Of a stretch of 64,000 bases of DNA, positions 19,381 through 27,524 are shown in pieces. This stretch comes from Anaerolineaceae bacterium (GTDB taxonomy: Bacteria; Chloroflexota; Anaerolineae; Anaerolineales; Anaerolineaceae): contig JAXGMV010000001.1 in the NCBI GenBank assembly GCA_040768445.1, positions 1,152,749-1,216,748 on the forward strand, read 5' to 3'. The notes below the pieces were generated by a model. It was not told the DNA's origin and did no database searches. It worked only from the letters and a program-made list of their open reading frames with translations. The position numbers and the translations under genes were made by a program. The stretch's first letter is position 1; each line of letters opens with the position of its first letter.

Positions 19381-20148
19381 ATGAGTGAAATACCTGTTGA
19401 TACAGTCGATTACGGCAACTGGGTGCCAAAAAGGCTGGTGATTATTTCCGGTGTTATTGGCCTGGTCTTTGTGATTCTGGCATTATTTTTACCCTTGCTG
19501 TTTGTTTTAGCTGCCTTCTTTTTGCTATCTGCGGTTTATTTTGCCTATGCTTATTACATGTTCTCTTTTTCCGGGACAGATATCATGGCAAAAGTGAGAC
19601 AGCAGCTGATTGACCACCTGGCAGGATGGGATGGAACCGGTAAGGTGCTGGATATTGGCTGCGGCAACGGTGCGCTGACGATAGAGATTGCAAAGAAATA
19701 CCCGCAGGCGCATGTGATGGGCATCGATTACTGGGGAGAAGCGTGGGAATACTCAAAAGGCGTTTGCGAGCGTAACGTCCAGATTGAAGGTGTGGCAGGA
19801 TCAGTCACGTTTGAGCGAGCCAGCGCTTCCTCATTACCGTACGAAGATGGCGCATATGATGTCGTGGTCTCGAACCTGGTATTTCATGAGGTAAAAGACG
19901 TGAGAGATAAATCACTGTTGATAAAGGAAGCTTTACGGGTGGTTAAAGCAGGTGGCTGGTTTGTGTTCCAGGACTTGTTTTTGTGGAAGGCAGTATACGG
20001 TGATACCAATGCTTTGGTTGAGTCAATAAAGCATTGGGGTATCGATACTGTGGATCTCGAAGACACCAGCAAGTCAGATTTTATTCCATGGCTGTTAAAA
20101 TTACCCTTCATGCTGGGCACGGTTGGCGTGCTTTACGGTAAGAAATGA
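19381..20148 (+). CDS. Membrane-anchored class I SAM-dependent methyltransferase
   Basis: Two N-terminal TM helices then VLDIGCGNGALT (motif I), VVVSNLVFHEV. ATG 19381 is preceded by GGGAGG, and the longer track start at 19279 lacks an RBS. Confidence 0.75.
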   Translation: MSEIPVDTVDYGNWVPKRLVIISGVIGLVFVILALFLPLLFVLAAFFLLSAVYFAYAYYMFSFSGTDIMAKVRQQLIDHLAGWDGTGKVLDIGCGNGALTIEIAKKYPQAHVMGIDYWGEAWEYSKGVCERNVQIEGVAGSVTFERASASSLPYEDGAYDVVVSNLVFHEVKDVRDKSLLIKEALRVVKAGGWFVFQDLFLWKAVYGDTNALVESIKHWGIDTVDLEDTSKSDFIPWLLKLPFMLGTVGVLYGKK

Positions 20149-20329
20149 GCAGACGGCAGGAAGAATTAAAAACCTTCATGCCTATTAATACCTCACTTGG
20201 ACATCCAGCTTTGCGGCATCTGAGGGTTTTTCTATTCACAAGATACATAGAAAAACAGCTAAAACCAGTATTGACTGGCACGGTATAATAAATTTACGAC
20301 ATCGTTTGTGACTATCGTAAAGGACTGTT

Positions 20330-21301
20330 ATGCCCGGCTCTCGATCAGTTATCCATTTCCTAATCCTGCTGACTATTTTGGTTTGTGTGGCAGTTTTCCC
20401 GCAGCCTGTTGGCGCGCAATCTGAGACCGGTTATGACGTGATCGCCCAGGTCAACCAGCTGAGGGCTTCAAAGGGATTGGCGCCGTATACCATTGATCCA
20501 TGGATTATGGACTACGCCCAACAGCACACCCAGTACCAGGCAGACATCCAGACCAGTACCCATACACATTCAGACGGCTCTGTATCGCTGTCCGTCGGGC
20601 TGCAAGAGAACGTCGCTGGTGGGAGCTATGGTTTTGTGACCGCCGCCATTGTGGTGTATGAGATCTGGCAGGATTGGGGGCATCTCAATCCAATGATCGG
20701 TTACCAGAGCGGTGAGGCTGGTGCCGGCGTGGCTGTGGATACCAATAATACGGTATATTACACGCTCAACGTACGTCCCGGGCCTGAGGTGGGCAGCCCT
20801 TCGGCATCCACGACTGGCGCTGCAGCACAGCCAGTGGCTGCCGCCCTGCAGCAGCCAACTGCAGCTTTTGTCCCGTTGACCACTGCTGCACCGGCAGCGG
20901 ACGGCTCGGTCACGCATGAGGTTGGCGAGGGGCAAACGATGTGGTCGATTGCGGTCTCATACGGCGTGACGATGACTGAGATCCAACAACTGAATGGTAT
21001 GGCGGCGGATAACACCTCAGTCTATACCGGCCAAAAATTGATCATCTTCCCGGTGGGTTCTTTTCTTGAGCCAACCGCCACGACCATACCGGAGCCAACG
21101 GAGACCCCGACGCCTGACTCGGCAGCGCTCACTGCTTCAGCCCCCACGGCCATTCCAACGGCAATTTTCACACCCACACCGCTGGAGGAAGAGTCATCAC
21201 TCACCGGCGGGACTGCCGGAAGGGTGATGGCGTGGATTATTGCAGCAGCGGCTGGCATTCTGCTGCTGGCGCTGGTCCTTGTAACTCTTAGCCAGAGATA
21301 G
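20330..21301 (+). CDS. Secreted CAP/SCP (PR-1-like) domain plus LysM domain protein with C-terminal TM anchor
   Basis: Signal peptide. VNQLRASKGLAPY...A..H CAP-like block. LysM HEVGEGQTMWSIAVSYGVTMTEIQQLNG....VYTGQKLII. Pro/Thr linker. Terminal hydrophobic helix. Confidence 0.65.
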   Translation: MPGSRSVIHFLILLTILVCVAVFPQPVGAQSETGYDVIAQVNQLRASKGLAPYTIDPWIMDYAQQHTQYQADIQTSTHTHSDGSVSLSVGLQENVAGGSYGFVTAAIVVYEIWQDWGHLNPMIGYQSGEAGAGVAVDTNNTVYYTLNVRPGPEVGSPSASTTGAAAQPVAAALQQPTAAFVPLTTAAPAADGSVTHEVGEGQTMWSIAVSYGVTMTEIQQLNGMAADNTSVYTGQKLIIFPVGSFLEPTATTIPEPTETPTPDSAALTASAPTAIPTAIFTPTPLEEESSLTGGTAGRVMAWIIAAAAGILLLALVLVTLSQR

Positions 21302-21379
21302 TACCCTGCCGTGTTGCCCGGTCAACTGCCTATTCGATAAACCAGCTTTTAATTCCAGTAATAATAATTTAGGTCAACC

Positions 21380-22696
21380 ATGGAAATACCATACCAGCTT
21401 GATGATGTACTTCAGGAAATCATGCGCCGCTGGGAAATCCCCGGGCTGGCAGTGGGGATTGTGAAGAGCGGCGAGATTGTCTACAGCGGCTGCTTTGGCG
21501 TTCAGTCTCAGCAAACAATGGCACCTGTGACGCATACCTCGATCTTCTGCACTGCATCAGTCTCGAAGTGCTTCACTGCCTGTGCTGTGATGCAGCTGGT
21601 GGAAGCCGGCATTGTGACGCTGGATGAACCGCTGGTGGACTTCCTGCCGGATCTCACGATGGCTGACAGCCGGGTTCGTGAGATCACCATCCGCCAGATG
21701 CTGTGCCACACCTCCGGCATCCCCGATTTGACCGAACATGAATATGACAGCCTGATGCTTCACCCCGAGACTGATGAGAATGCCCTTCAGCGATTTGTGA
21801 GTTCACTGTCGGTGCGCCGCCTGTCAGCCCCACCGGGTGAACGTTTTCTGTACAGCAATATTGCCTATAATGTGCTGGGCTTCTTGATTGCATCTCTCTC
21901 TGGTATGACCTTTGAAGGTTATATGCAGGAGCATGTCCTGCGTCCAGCCGTTATGTTTGAGAGCACCTTTTATTTTCCTGAGATTATAAAAAATAGGCTG
22001 GCAGTGCCGCACTTGCGTCTGCCGCTGATGACCGTCAACCCGCATTACCCTTATCACCGCGCCGATGCACCATCCAGCTTCCTGCATGCCACGCTAAACG
22101 ACATGTGCGCCTGGATCACCACCTCCCTCAAACAGGATGTGATCCTCTCTCCGGCGAGCTACGAGGTGATGTGGACGCCGGCAGTCTCACGCGGCTCACC
22201 GCTGTTTTATGAAGCATCCTCACCCGGCTGGACGCTGGGTCATTATGACGGCTGGAAAACGGTCAGCCACGGCGGCATGGGCTTTGGCTGGACGGATTTC
22301 CTGATAATGCTGCCGGAGCTGGACTGCGGTGCGGTGATCCTGTGCAATGAAGAATCCTTCGCCCGCAGCCGCACGCTCAAAGCGGTTGTGGATGCCATGC
22401 TTGGGCGTGAGCCGCAGGTCGGGACGGTCTCGTGGATGGTGCCTCTCAGCCGGGCGCTGGGAGAAGGCGGTATACCAGCTGCACGGAAATATGGGGAGGC
22501 ACTGCTAGCAGGTGACCTGACAGGGTACGTGGTAGAGCCGGACGGGCTGCCAAACCTTGCCATTCAACTCTCGTCCGGCGGCAGGTATGACCTGGCGGAG
22601 GACGTACTGCGAATTAACCTGGATGCCTTTCCCGGGCATGCTGAGACGCTGGATGCCCTTGCCAGGCTGGAGGCTGTGCGCCATCAGGCTAAATAG
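21380..22696 (+). CDS. Serine hydrolase (beta-lactamase/PBP4* family)
   Basis: SVSKCFTA (SxxK), YSNIAY (YxN), HGG block. Confidence 0.8.
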   Translation: MEIPYQLDDVLQEIMRRWEIPGLAVGIVKSGEIVYSGCFGVQSQQTMAPVTHTSIFCTASVSKCFTACAVMQLVEAGIVTLDEPLVDFLPDLTMADSRVREITIRQMLCHTSGIPDLTEHEYDSLMLHPETDENALQRFVSSLSVRRLSAPPGERFLYSNIAYNVLGFLIASLSGMTFEGYMQEHVLRPAVMFESTFYFPEIIKNRLAVPHLRLPLMTVNPHYPYHRADAPSSFLHATLNDMCAWITTSLKQDVILSPASYEVMWTPAVSRGSPLFYEASSPGWTLGHYDGWKTVSHGGMGFGWTDFLIMLPELDCGAVILCNEESFARSRTLKAVVDAMLGREPQVGTVSWMVPLSRALGEGGIPAARKYGEALLAGDLTGYVVEPDGLPNLAIQLSSGGRYDLAEDVLRINLDAFPGHAETLDALARLEAVRHQAK

Positions 22697-22724
22697 ATAA
22701 GGACAATCGTCACTATAAACTAAG

Positions 22725-22754
22725 TTCGAAAGAAACGCCGGCATTTGCTATAAT
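22725..22754 (+). promoter_or_regulatory. Candidate promoter of the ygeY-ygeW pair
   Basis: TTCGAA, 18-nt spacer, TGCTATAAT (extended -10 at 22746-22754). Confidence 0.4.
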
Positions 22755-22806
22755 CAGGCCACAACAAGGTAATGATTTCTCATGTAAGGAGAAGCAGCAG
22801 ACAGCC

Positions 22807-24036
22807 ATGATTACACCTGAGAACCTTCAGCAAGTACAAAAACGTGTCAATGACCAGCAGGAGGATATCCTCAAATTCCTGCGGGAGATTATCGCCATCC
22901 CCAGCATGAACTCCCAGCTGGGTGAGGTAGGCGAACGGATTGCGGTTGAGATGCGCAAACTGGGCTTTGACGAAGTCCGCTTTGACCGTATGGGTAACAT
23001 CATGGGGCGCATTGGGGACGGCAAACGCGTGATCGTGTATGATTCGCACATCGATACCGTCGGCATCGGTGACCCGCACGAATGGAAGCATGACCCGTTC
23101 ATCGGTAAAATTGAGGACGGCATCCTGTACGGGCGCGGCGCCTGCGACGAAAAGGGCAGCACCCCCGGCATGGTGTACGGACTTGCCATTGCAAAACAGT
23201 TGGGTTTGCTGGATGGCTGGACAGCCTGGTATTTTGGTAACATGGAAGAATGGTGTGACGGCATCGCCCCCAACACCTTTGTTGAGGTGGACCCCGGAGT
23301 GAAGCCGGATTTCGTGGTGATCGGTGAGCCGACCAAAATGCAGGTTTACCGCGGCCACAAGGGGCGCATTGAACTGCAGGTGGTTTCCAAGGGGCGCAGT
23401 GCGCATGCCGCCAGCAATCACCTGGGTGATAATGCCATCTACAACCTGCTGCCGGTGATCGCCGGCATTCGCGACCTTGAGTCGCAGTTGGGCGACCATC
23501 CTTTCCTCGGCAACGGCAAGATCACCGTCAGTGATATGAAGGTACAGACCCCCAGCATCAACGCAGTGCCGGATGAAGCCATCATTTTCATTGACCGCCG
23601 CATGACCTTCGGTGAGACCAAAGAAGATGCCATTGCCCAGGTGGAAGCGCTGATCCCGCCAGAGTTGAAGGACCGGGTTAAGGTGGAACCGCTGTTCTAC
23701 GATGAACCGTCTTACACCGGCTTTGTGTTTGAAGTGGACAAGTACTTCCCGGCCTGGATGCTGGAGGAAACGCACCCGCTGGTGCAGACGGGACTGGAAC
23801 TGCGGCGCATGATCGGCCTGCCGGATGTGCCGGCCGGCAAGTGGGATTTCAGCACTAACGGCATTTACTGGGCCGGCAAAGCGGGCATCCCCTGCATCGG
23901 TTTTGCGCCCGGCGACGAAGTCACCGCCCACACAGTAAATGACTGCGTGCCGCTGGCAGATGTGATCAAATCCACCGAGTTTTATGCGCTCTTCCCGGCG
24001 CTGTTAAAGCAAAATTTTAAAAAGCAGACGTTTTGA
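22807..24036 (+). CDS. ygeY: YgeY-family M20 peptidase/deacylase
   Basis: IPSMNSQLGEVGE.., VIVYDSHIDTVGIGD...W..DPF.G...DG.LYGRGACDEKGS, typical of the YgeY subgroup of M20 hydrolases. Confidence 0.8.
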   Translation: MITPENLQQVQKRVNDQQEDILKFLREIIAIPSMNSQLGEVGERIAVEMRKLGFDEVRFDRMGNIMGRIGDGKRVIVYDSHIDTVGIGDPHEWKHDPFIGKIEDGILYGRGACDEKGSTPGMVYGLAIAKQLGLLDGWTAWYFGNMEEWCDGIAPNTFVEVDPGVKPDFVVIGEPTKMQVYRGHKGRIELQVVSKGRSAHAASNHLGDNAIYNLLPVIAGIRDLESQLGDHPFLGNGKITVSDMKVQTPSINAVPDEAIIFIDRRMTFGETKEDAIAQVEALIPPELKDRVKVEPLFYDEPSYTGFVFEVDKYFPAWMLEETHPLVQTGLELRRMIGLPDVPAGKWDFSTNGIYWAGKAGIPCIGFAPGDEVTAHTVNDCVPLADVIKSTEFYALFPALLKQNFKKQTF

Positions 24037-24060
24037 ACTTATTTTCCAAGGAGCAACCAG

Positions 24061-25038
24061 ATGCAAACGTTTTTAAAAGGCCGAGACCTGATCAGTGATC
24101 TTGATTTTTCGAAGGAAGAAGTTGAAACTGTCCTTGAGGTGGCATTTGACCTGAAGCGCAAGCGAGCGCTGGGCGAGCCGCACCCTTACCTGCGCGACAA
24201 GGTGCTGGCGATGCTGTTCTTCTTTTCGAGCACACGCACACGCGGCTCTTTTGAAGCCGGCATGGCACAGCTGGGCGGTCACGGTGCCTTCATTGAAAGC
24301 ACCACCACGCAGATCAAGCACGGTGACACCGCCAAGGAAATCGGCGAGATTTACGGGCGTTATTTTGACGGTATTGCCATCCGCCACTGCGATTGGGCTG
24401 TCGGTAACAAGTATTTGAACGAAGTTGCACAGTTCTCGCGCGTGCCTGTGCTCAACATGCAGTGTGATGTGTACCACCCCTTCCAGTGCCTGGCAGACCT
24501 GATGACCATCATTGAGAAGAAGGGACGCGACCTGCGCAAGAAGAAGGTGGTCGTCTCATGGGCATATGCTTCTTCTTATCTCAAACCTATCTCGGTACCG
24601 CAGTCACTCATCCTGCAGCTGCCGCGTTTTGGCATGGACGTGACGCTCTCATACCCCGAAGAGTTCAAACTGATGCCAGAGATAGAAGAGGAAGCAAAGG
24701 CACAGGCGAAGAAGTTCAAGACTAACTTCGAAATTGTGCACGACATGAAAGAGGGCTTTAAAGATGCTGACGTGGTATATGCCAAGTCTTGGGGTCCGCT
24801 GCTGACCACCGATGATGCAAAGGAAGGCCAGCGCATCCAGGATATGTACAGAGACTGGATTGTCGATACTGATAAGATGAAGGCTGCCAAGGACGATGCC
24901 ATTTACATGCATCCCCTGCCAGCTGACCGCGATATCGAAGTGACCACCGAGGTAATCGATGGGCCGGCTTCGGTGGTTTACGATGAAGCTGAGAACCGCC
25001 TGCATGCCCAAAAAGCCGTCATGGCGCTGACGATGTAA
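24061..25038 (+). CDS. ygeW: YgeW-type (knotted) carbamoyltransferase
   Basis: STRTRGSFE carbamoyl-phosphate motif, SWAYASSYLKPISVPQSLILQLPRFGMDVTLSYPE closely parallels E. coli YgeW (TWAYSPSYGKPLSVPQGIIGLMTRFGMDVTLAHPE, from memory), HPLPADRD. Confidence 0.8.
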   Translation: MQTFLKGRDLISDLDFSKEEVETVLEVAFDLKRKRALGEPHPYLRDKVLAMLFFFSSTRTRGSFEAGMAQLGGHGAFIESTTTQIKHGDTAKEIGEIYGRYFDGIAIRHCDWAVGNKYLNEVAQFSRVPVLNMQCDVYHPFQCLADLMTIIEKKGRDLRKKKVVVSWAYASSYLKPISVPQSLILQLPRFGMDVTLSYPEEFKLMPEIEEEAKAQAKKFKTNFEIVHDMKEGFKDADVVYAKSWGPLLTTDDAKEGQRIQDMYRDWIVDTDKMKAAKDDAIYMHPLPADRDIEVTTEVIDGPASVVYDEAENRLHAQKAVMALTM

Positions 25039-25097
25039 GTGCTGCAAGACAAGATTGGCTGATAACCCAAGTCGATCAATAATAGGTCCTATGCATG

Positions 25098-25127
25098 TAA
25101 ACCGGCACGGCGTGCCGGTTTACTTTT
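25098..25127 (+). terminator. Intrinsic terminator after ygeW
   Basis: AAACCGGCAC-GGC-GTGCCGGTTT followed by ACTTTTG. Confidence 0.7.
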
Positions 25128-25210
25128 GCCTGTTTCAAAGTCGTAATTTGCGTGTAAAATTGACGAGCGTTTGCACATCAATCACAACACAAGAAAGTCT
25201 CATCACCGTT

Positions 25211-26524
25211 ATGGCATCAGAACAAATCGCAACCGACATTCGATACCTCGCAGAAAACCACCCCGGCTACCTCGAACAAGTACAGCGCAATTACTGGCGC
25301 AATTTTGCGCTCTACATTCTTGAGGGATGTTTCTTCTCCTTCGGATTTGCGATCTTTGCTTCTGATACCATCCTGCCATACCTGGTGTCCGAGCTGACCG
25401 GCAACCCGTTCCTGATCGGTCTTGTACCGGCGTTGAACTTCCTCGGCTATTACCTGCCGCAGTTATTCAGCGCTTACTTTTCACAGAAGCTCTCACGGCG
25501 TAAGGGTATGGTGATCACCGTAGCGGTTGTGCAGCGCACCACCCTGTTACTGATCACGCTGGCAGTCCAGACCATTTTCCACCTGCCTGAGCCCCTACCG
25601 CTGCTGCTGTTTTTCACAGCTTACTCGCTCTTCTGCTTCAGCAACGGCTTCATCACCCCACCGTACACAGACCTGGTGAACAAGACCATCATCAGCCGGC
25701 GCGGGTTGTTCTATGGCTTACAGATTGCCGGCAGCAGCCTGGCAGGTTTTGCCGGTTCGATGATCGCCCGTCAGATGCTGGACAACCTGGCATTCCCCGC
25801 AAATTTCCAGCAGTTGTTCTGGATCGGGTTTCTGGTCTCGCTCTTCAGCCCGATCGTGATGCTTTTCTACCGTGAGCAGCCCTACCCTGAACCGCACCCG
25901 GTTGAGCCGCTCGGCAACTTCTTCAAGGTGATCCCCGCTAAACTGCGCACGTACCCACTGTTCACACGCGTGCTGTTAGCGCGCGGCCTCGTAGGGTTAT
26001 CCTTCATGGCAACTGGCTTCTATGCTGTCTATGCTGTTAATCAGTACAACCTCAACCCGGGTACGGTGGCGGTTTTCACCATGGTCTCCCTGCTGACTCG
26101 CAGTGTGATGGGACTGGTTTGGGGTGCAGTCGGCGACTGGCATGGCTACAGGCTGGTGCTGGCGTGCCTGGCAGGTATGTTGGCGGTCCAGTCATTTCTG
26201 GCGATGGCAGTGCCGGATGCGCGCGTATTTTACATTGTGATGATGCTAACGGGAGCGATCAATGCTGCGCTGTATGTGGCCGACCCCAACCTGGTGTTTG
26301 AGACCACACCGCCGGCTGAGACCAGCCGCTTCATTGGCATCTCCAACACTGTCCTCGGCCCATTAATGGCGCTGGCGCCTCTGGTGGGCGGCCTGCTGGT
26401 TAATTATTTCAATTACCAGGCGTTGTTTGGAGCAGCAATGATCTTTGGACTGATAGGTTTGATCTATGTCCTGCTGAAAGTGGAAGAGCCGCGCAGACTG
26501 AACGGTTTGATAAAACCAGAGTAG
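25211..26524 (+). CDS. MFS transporter
   Basis: About 12 hydrophobic segments. Start placed at ATG 25211 (MASEQIATD) inside track ORF 25055-26524. Confidence 0.75.
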   Translation: MASEQIATDIRYLAENHPGYLEQVQRNYWRNFALYILEGCFFSFGFAIFASDTILPYLVSELTGNPFLIGLVPALNFLGYYLPQLFSAYFSQKLSRRKGMVITVAVVQRTTLLLITLAVQTIFHLPEPLPLLLFFTAYSLFCFSNGFITPPYTDLVNKTIISRRGLFYGLQIAGSSLAGFAGSMIARQMLDNLAFPANFQQLFWIGFLVSLFSPIVMLFYREQPYPEPHPVEPLGNFFKVIPAKLRTYPLFTRVLLARGLVGLSFMATGFYAVYAVNQYNLNPGTVAVFTMVSLLTRSVMGLVWGAVGDWHGYRLVLACLAGMLAVQSFLAMAVPDARVFYIVMMLTGAINAALYVADPNLVFETTPPAETSRFIGISNTVLGPLMALAPLVGGLLVNYFNYQALFGAAMIFGLIGLIYVLLKVEEPRRLNGLIKPE

Positions 26525-26549
26525 TCAGGCCTTATCACAAAACAAACAA

Positions 26550-26572
26550 CTGCCGGCGATCAAAGCCGGCAG
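26550..26572. terminator. Hairpin between convergent MFS and pirin genes
   Basis: CTGCCGGC-GATCAAA-GCCGGCAG. The A-rich run on the plus-strand 5' side gives a T-tract for the minus-strand (pirin) transcript. Confidence 0.5.
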
Positions 26573-26604
26573 CTGTAATTAACCAATAAGCTGTTTGCAA
26601 TTCT

Positions 26605-27444
26605 TTAGCTGACGAAGGTGCCGTTCTCAAGGTCGCGCAGCGCCTGCATGATCTCCTCGCGGGTGTTCATCACGAAGGGTCCATAGCGCGCAATCGGCTC
26701 ACCGATCGGCCTACCCATCACCAACAGGAATGAGAAGGGTTGGTCACCAGTCTCAGCTTGCAAGGAACTACCATCTTCAAAGACGACCAGTACCGGCTGG
26801 ACTGCATTGACGGTAACGTTAGCATAGTTACCGCCGCCGTCGTAGGCATAAGCAAAGACGGTGTGACCAATTGGCGTGTCAATGGTGAAGGCGCTCCCGG
26901 CGGGCAGGTGCACATCCAGGTAAACCGGTGCGACTGCAATCTTGGTCACCGGACCGGTGCGGCCTTCATAACTGCCGGTGATCACCCGCACTGTTCCGCC
27001 GTTCTCAAGCTGCACAACGGGGATCTCGTCAGCCAGCACTTCCTGGTAACGCGGGGCGGTCATCTTTTCTGCAGCCGGCAGGTTGACCCACAGCTGGAAG
27101 CCGCTTAAGCCTGTATCACCGGGCTGCGGCATCTCTTCGTGCATGATGCCCCGCCCGGCGGTCATCCACTGCACATCGCCCGGGCCGATTACGCCGGCGT
27201 TGCCGATGCTGTCCTGGTGGCGCACCAGGCCGCGCTGCATGTAGGTCACCGTCTCAATGCCACGGTGCGGGTGCATGGGAAAGCCGGCCATGTACTCATC
27301 CGGGTTGTCCGAACCAAAATGGTCGAACAACAGGAACGGGTCGAGGTAATTAAGTGTGCGTGTGGCGATGCTGCGCCGGATGGAAACTCCTGCGCCGTCG
27401 GTCACAGCGTCAGGTGTGATAATGTGCGAAACCTGTCTGATCAT
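26605..27444 (-). CDS. Pirin family protein
   Basis: FPMHPHRGIETVTY, GDVQWMTAGRGIMHEE bicupin motifs. Confidence 0.9.
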   Translation of the reverse strand: MIRQVSHIITPDAVTDGAGVSIRRSIATRTLNYLDPFLLFDHFGSDNPDEYMAGFPMHPHRGIETVTYMQRGLVRHQDSIGNAGVIGPGDVQWMTAGRGIMHEEMPQPGDTGLSGFQLWVNLPAAEKMTAPRYQEVLADEIPVVQLENGGTVRVITGSYEGRTGPVTKIAVAPVYLDVHLPAGSAFTIDTPIGHTVFAYAYDGGGNYANVTVNAVQPVLVVFEDGSSLQAETGDQPFSFLLVMGRPIGEPIARYGPFVMNTREEIMQALRDLENGTFVS

Positions 27445-27524
27445 ACAATTCTCCCTGGATTACCAATATGTGAGTTACTCCTGCATTGTAACAGAGGGGC
27501 AGCGCTTTATCCACTAAGGCTGGA

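Noticed and set aside
13891-20330. Calling the tRNA-Ser flank a bona fide integrative mobile element.
   Set aside because: No integrase, recombinase, transposase or convincing att direct repeat was found, so it is reported only as an accessory-looking segment.
22780-23931. Long antisense ORFs: 383 aa here, and also 45179-45988, 47475-48200, 35624-36199, 12869-13546, 53666-54454, 10254-10883, 60347-60925, 61131-61865.
   Set aside because: Each lies opposite a CDS with strong family motifs. Their translations are low-complexity (Arg/Ala/Gly/His-rich) with no motifs. These are typical shadow ORFs of GC-rich DNA.
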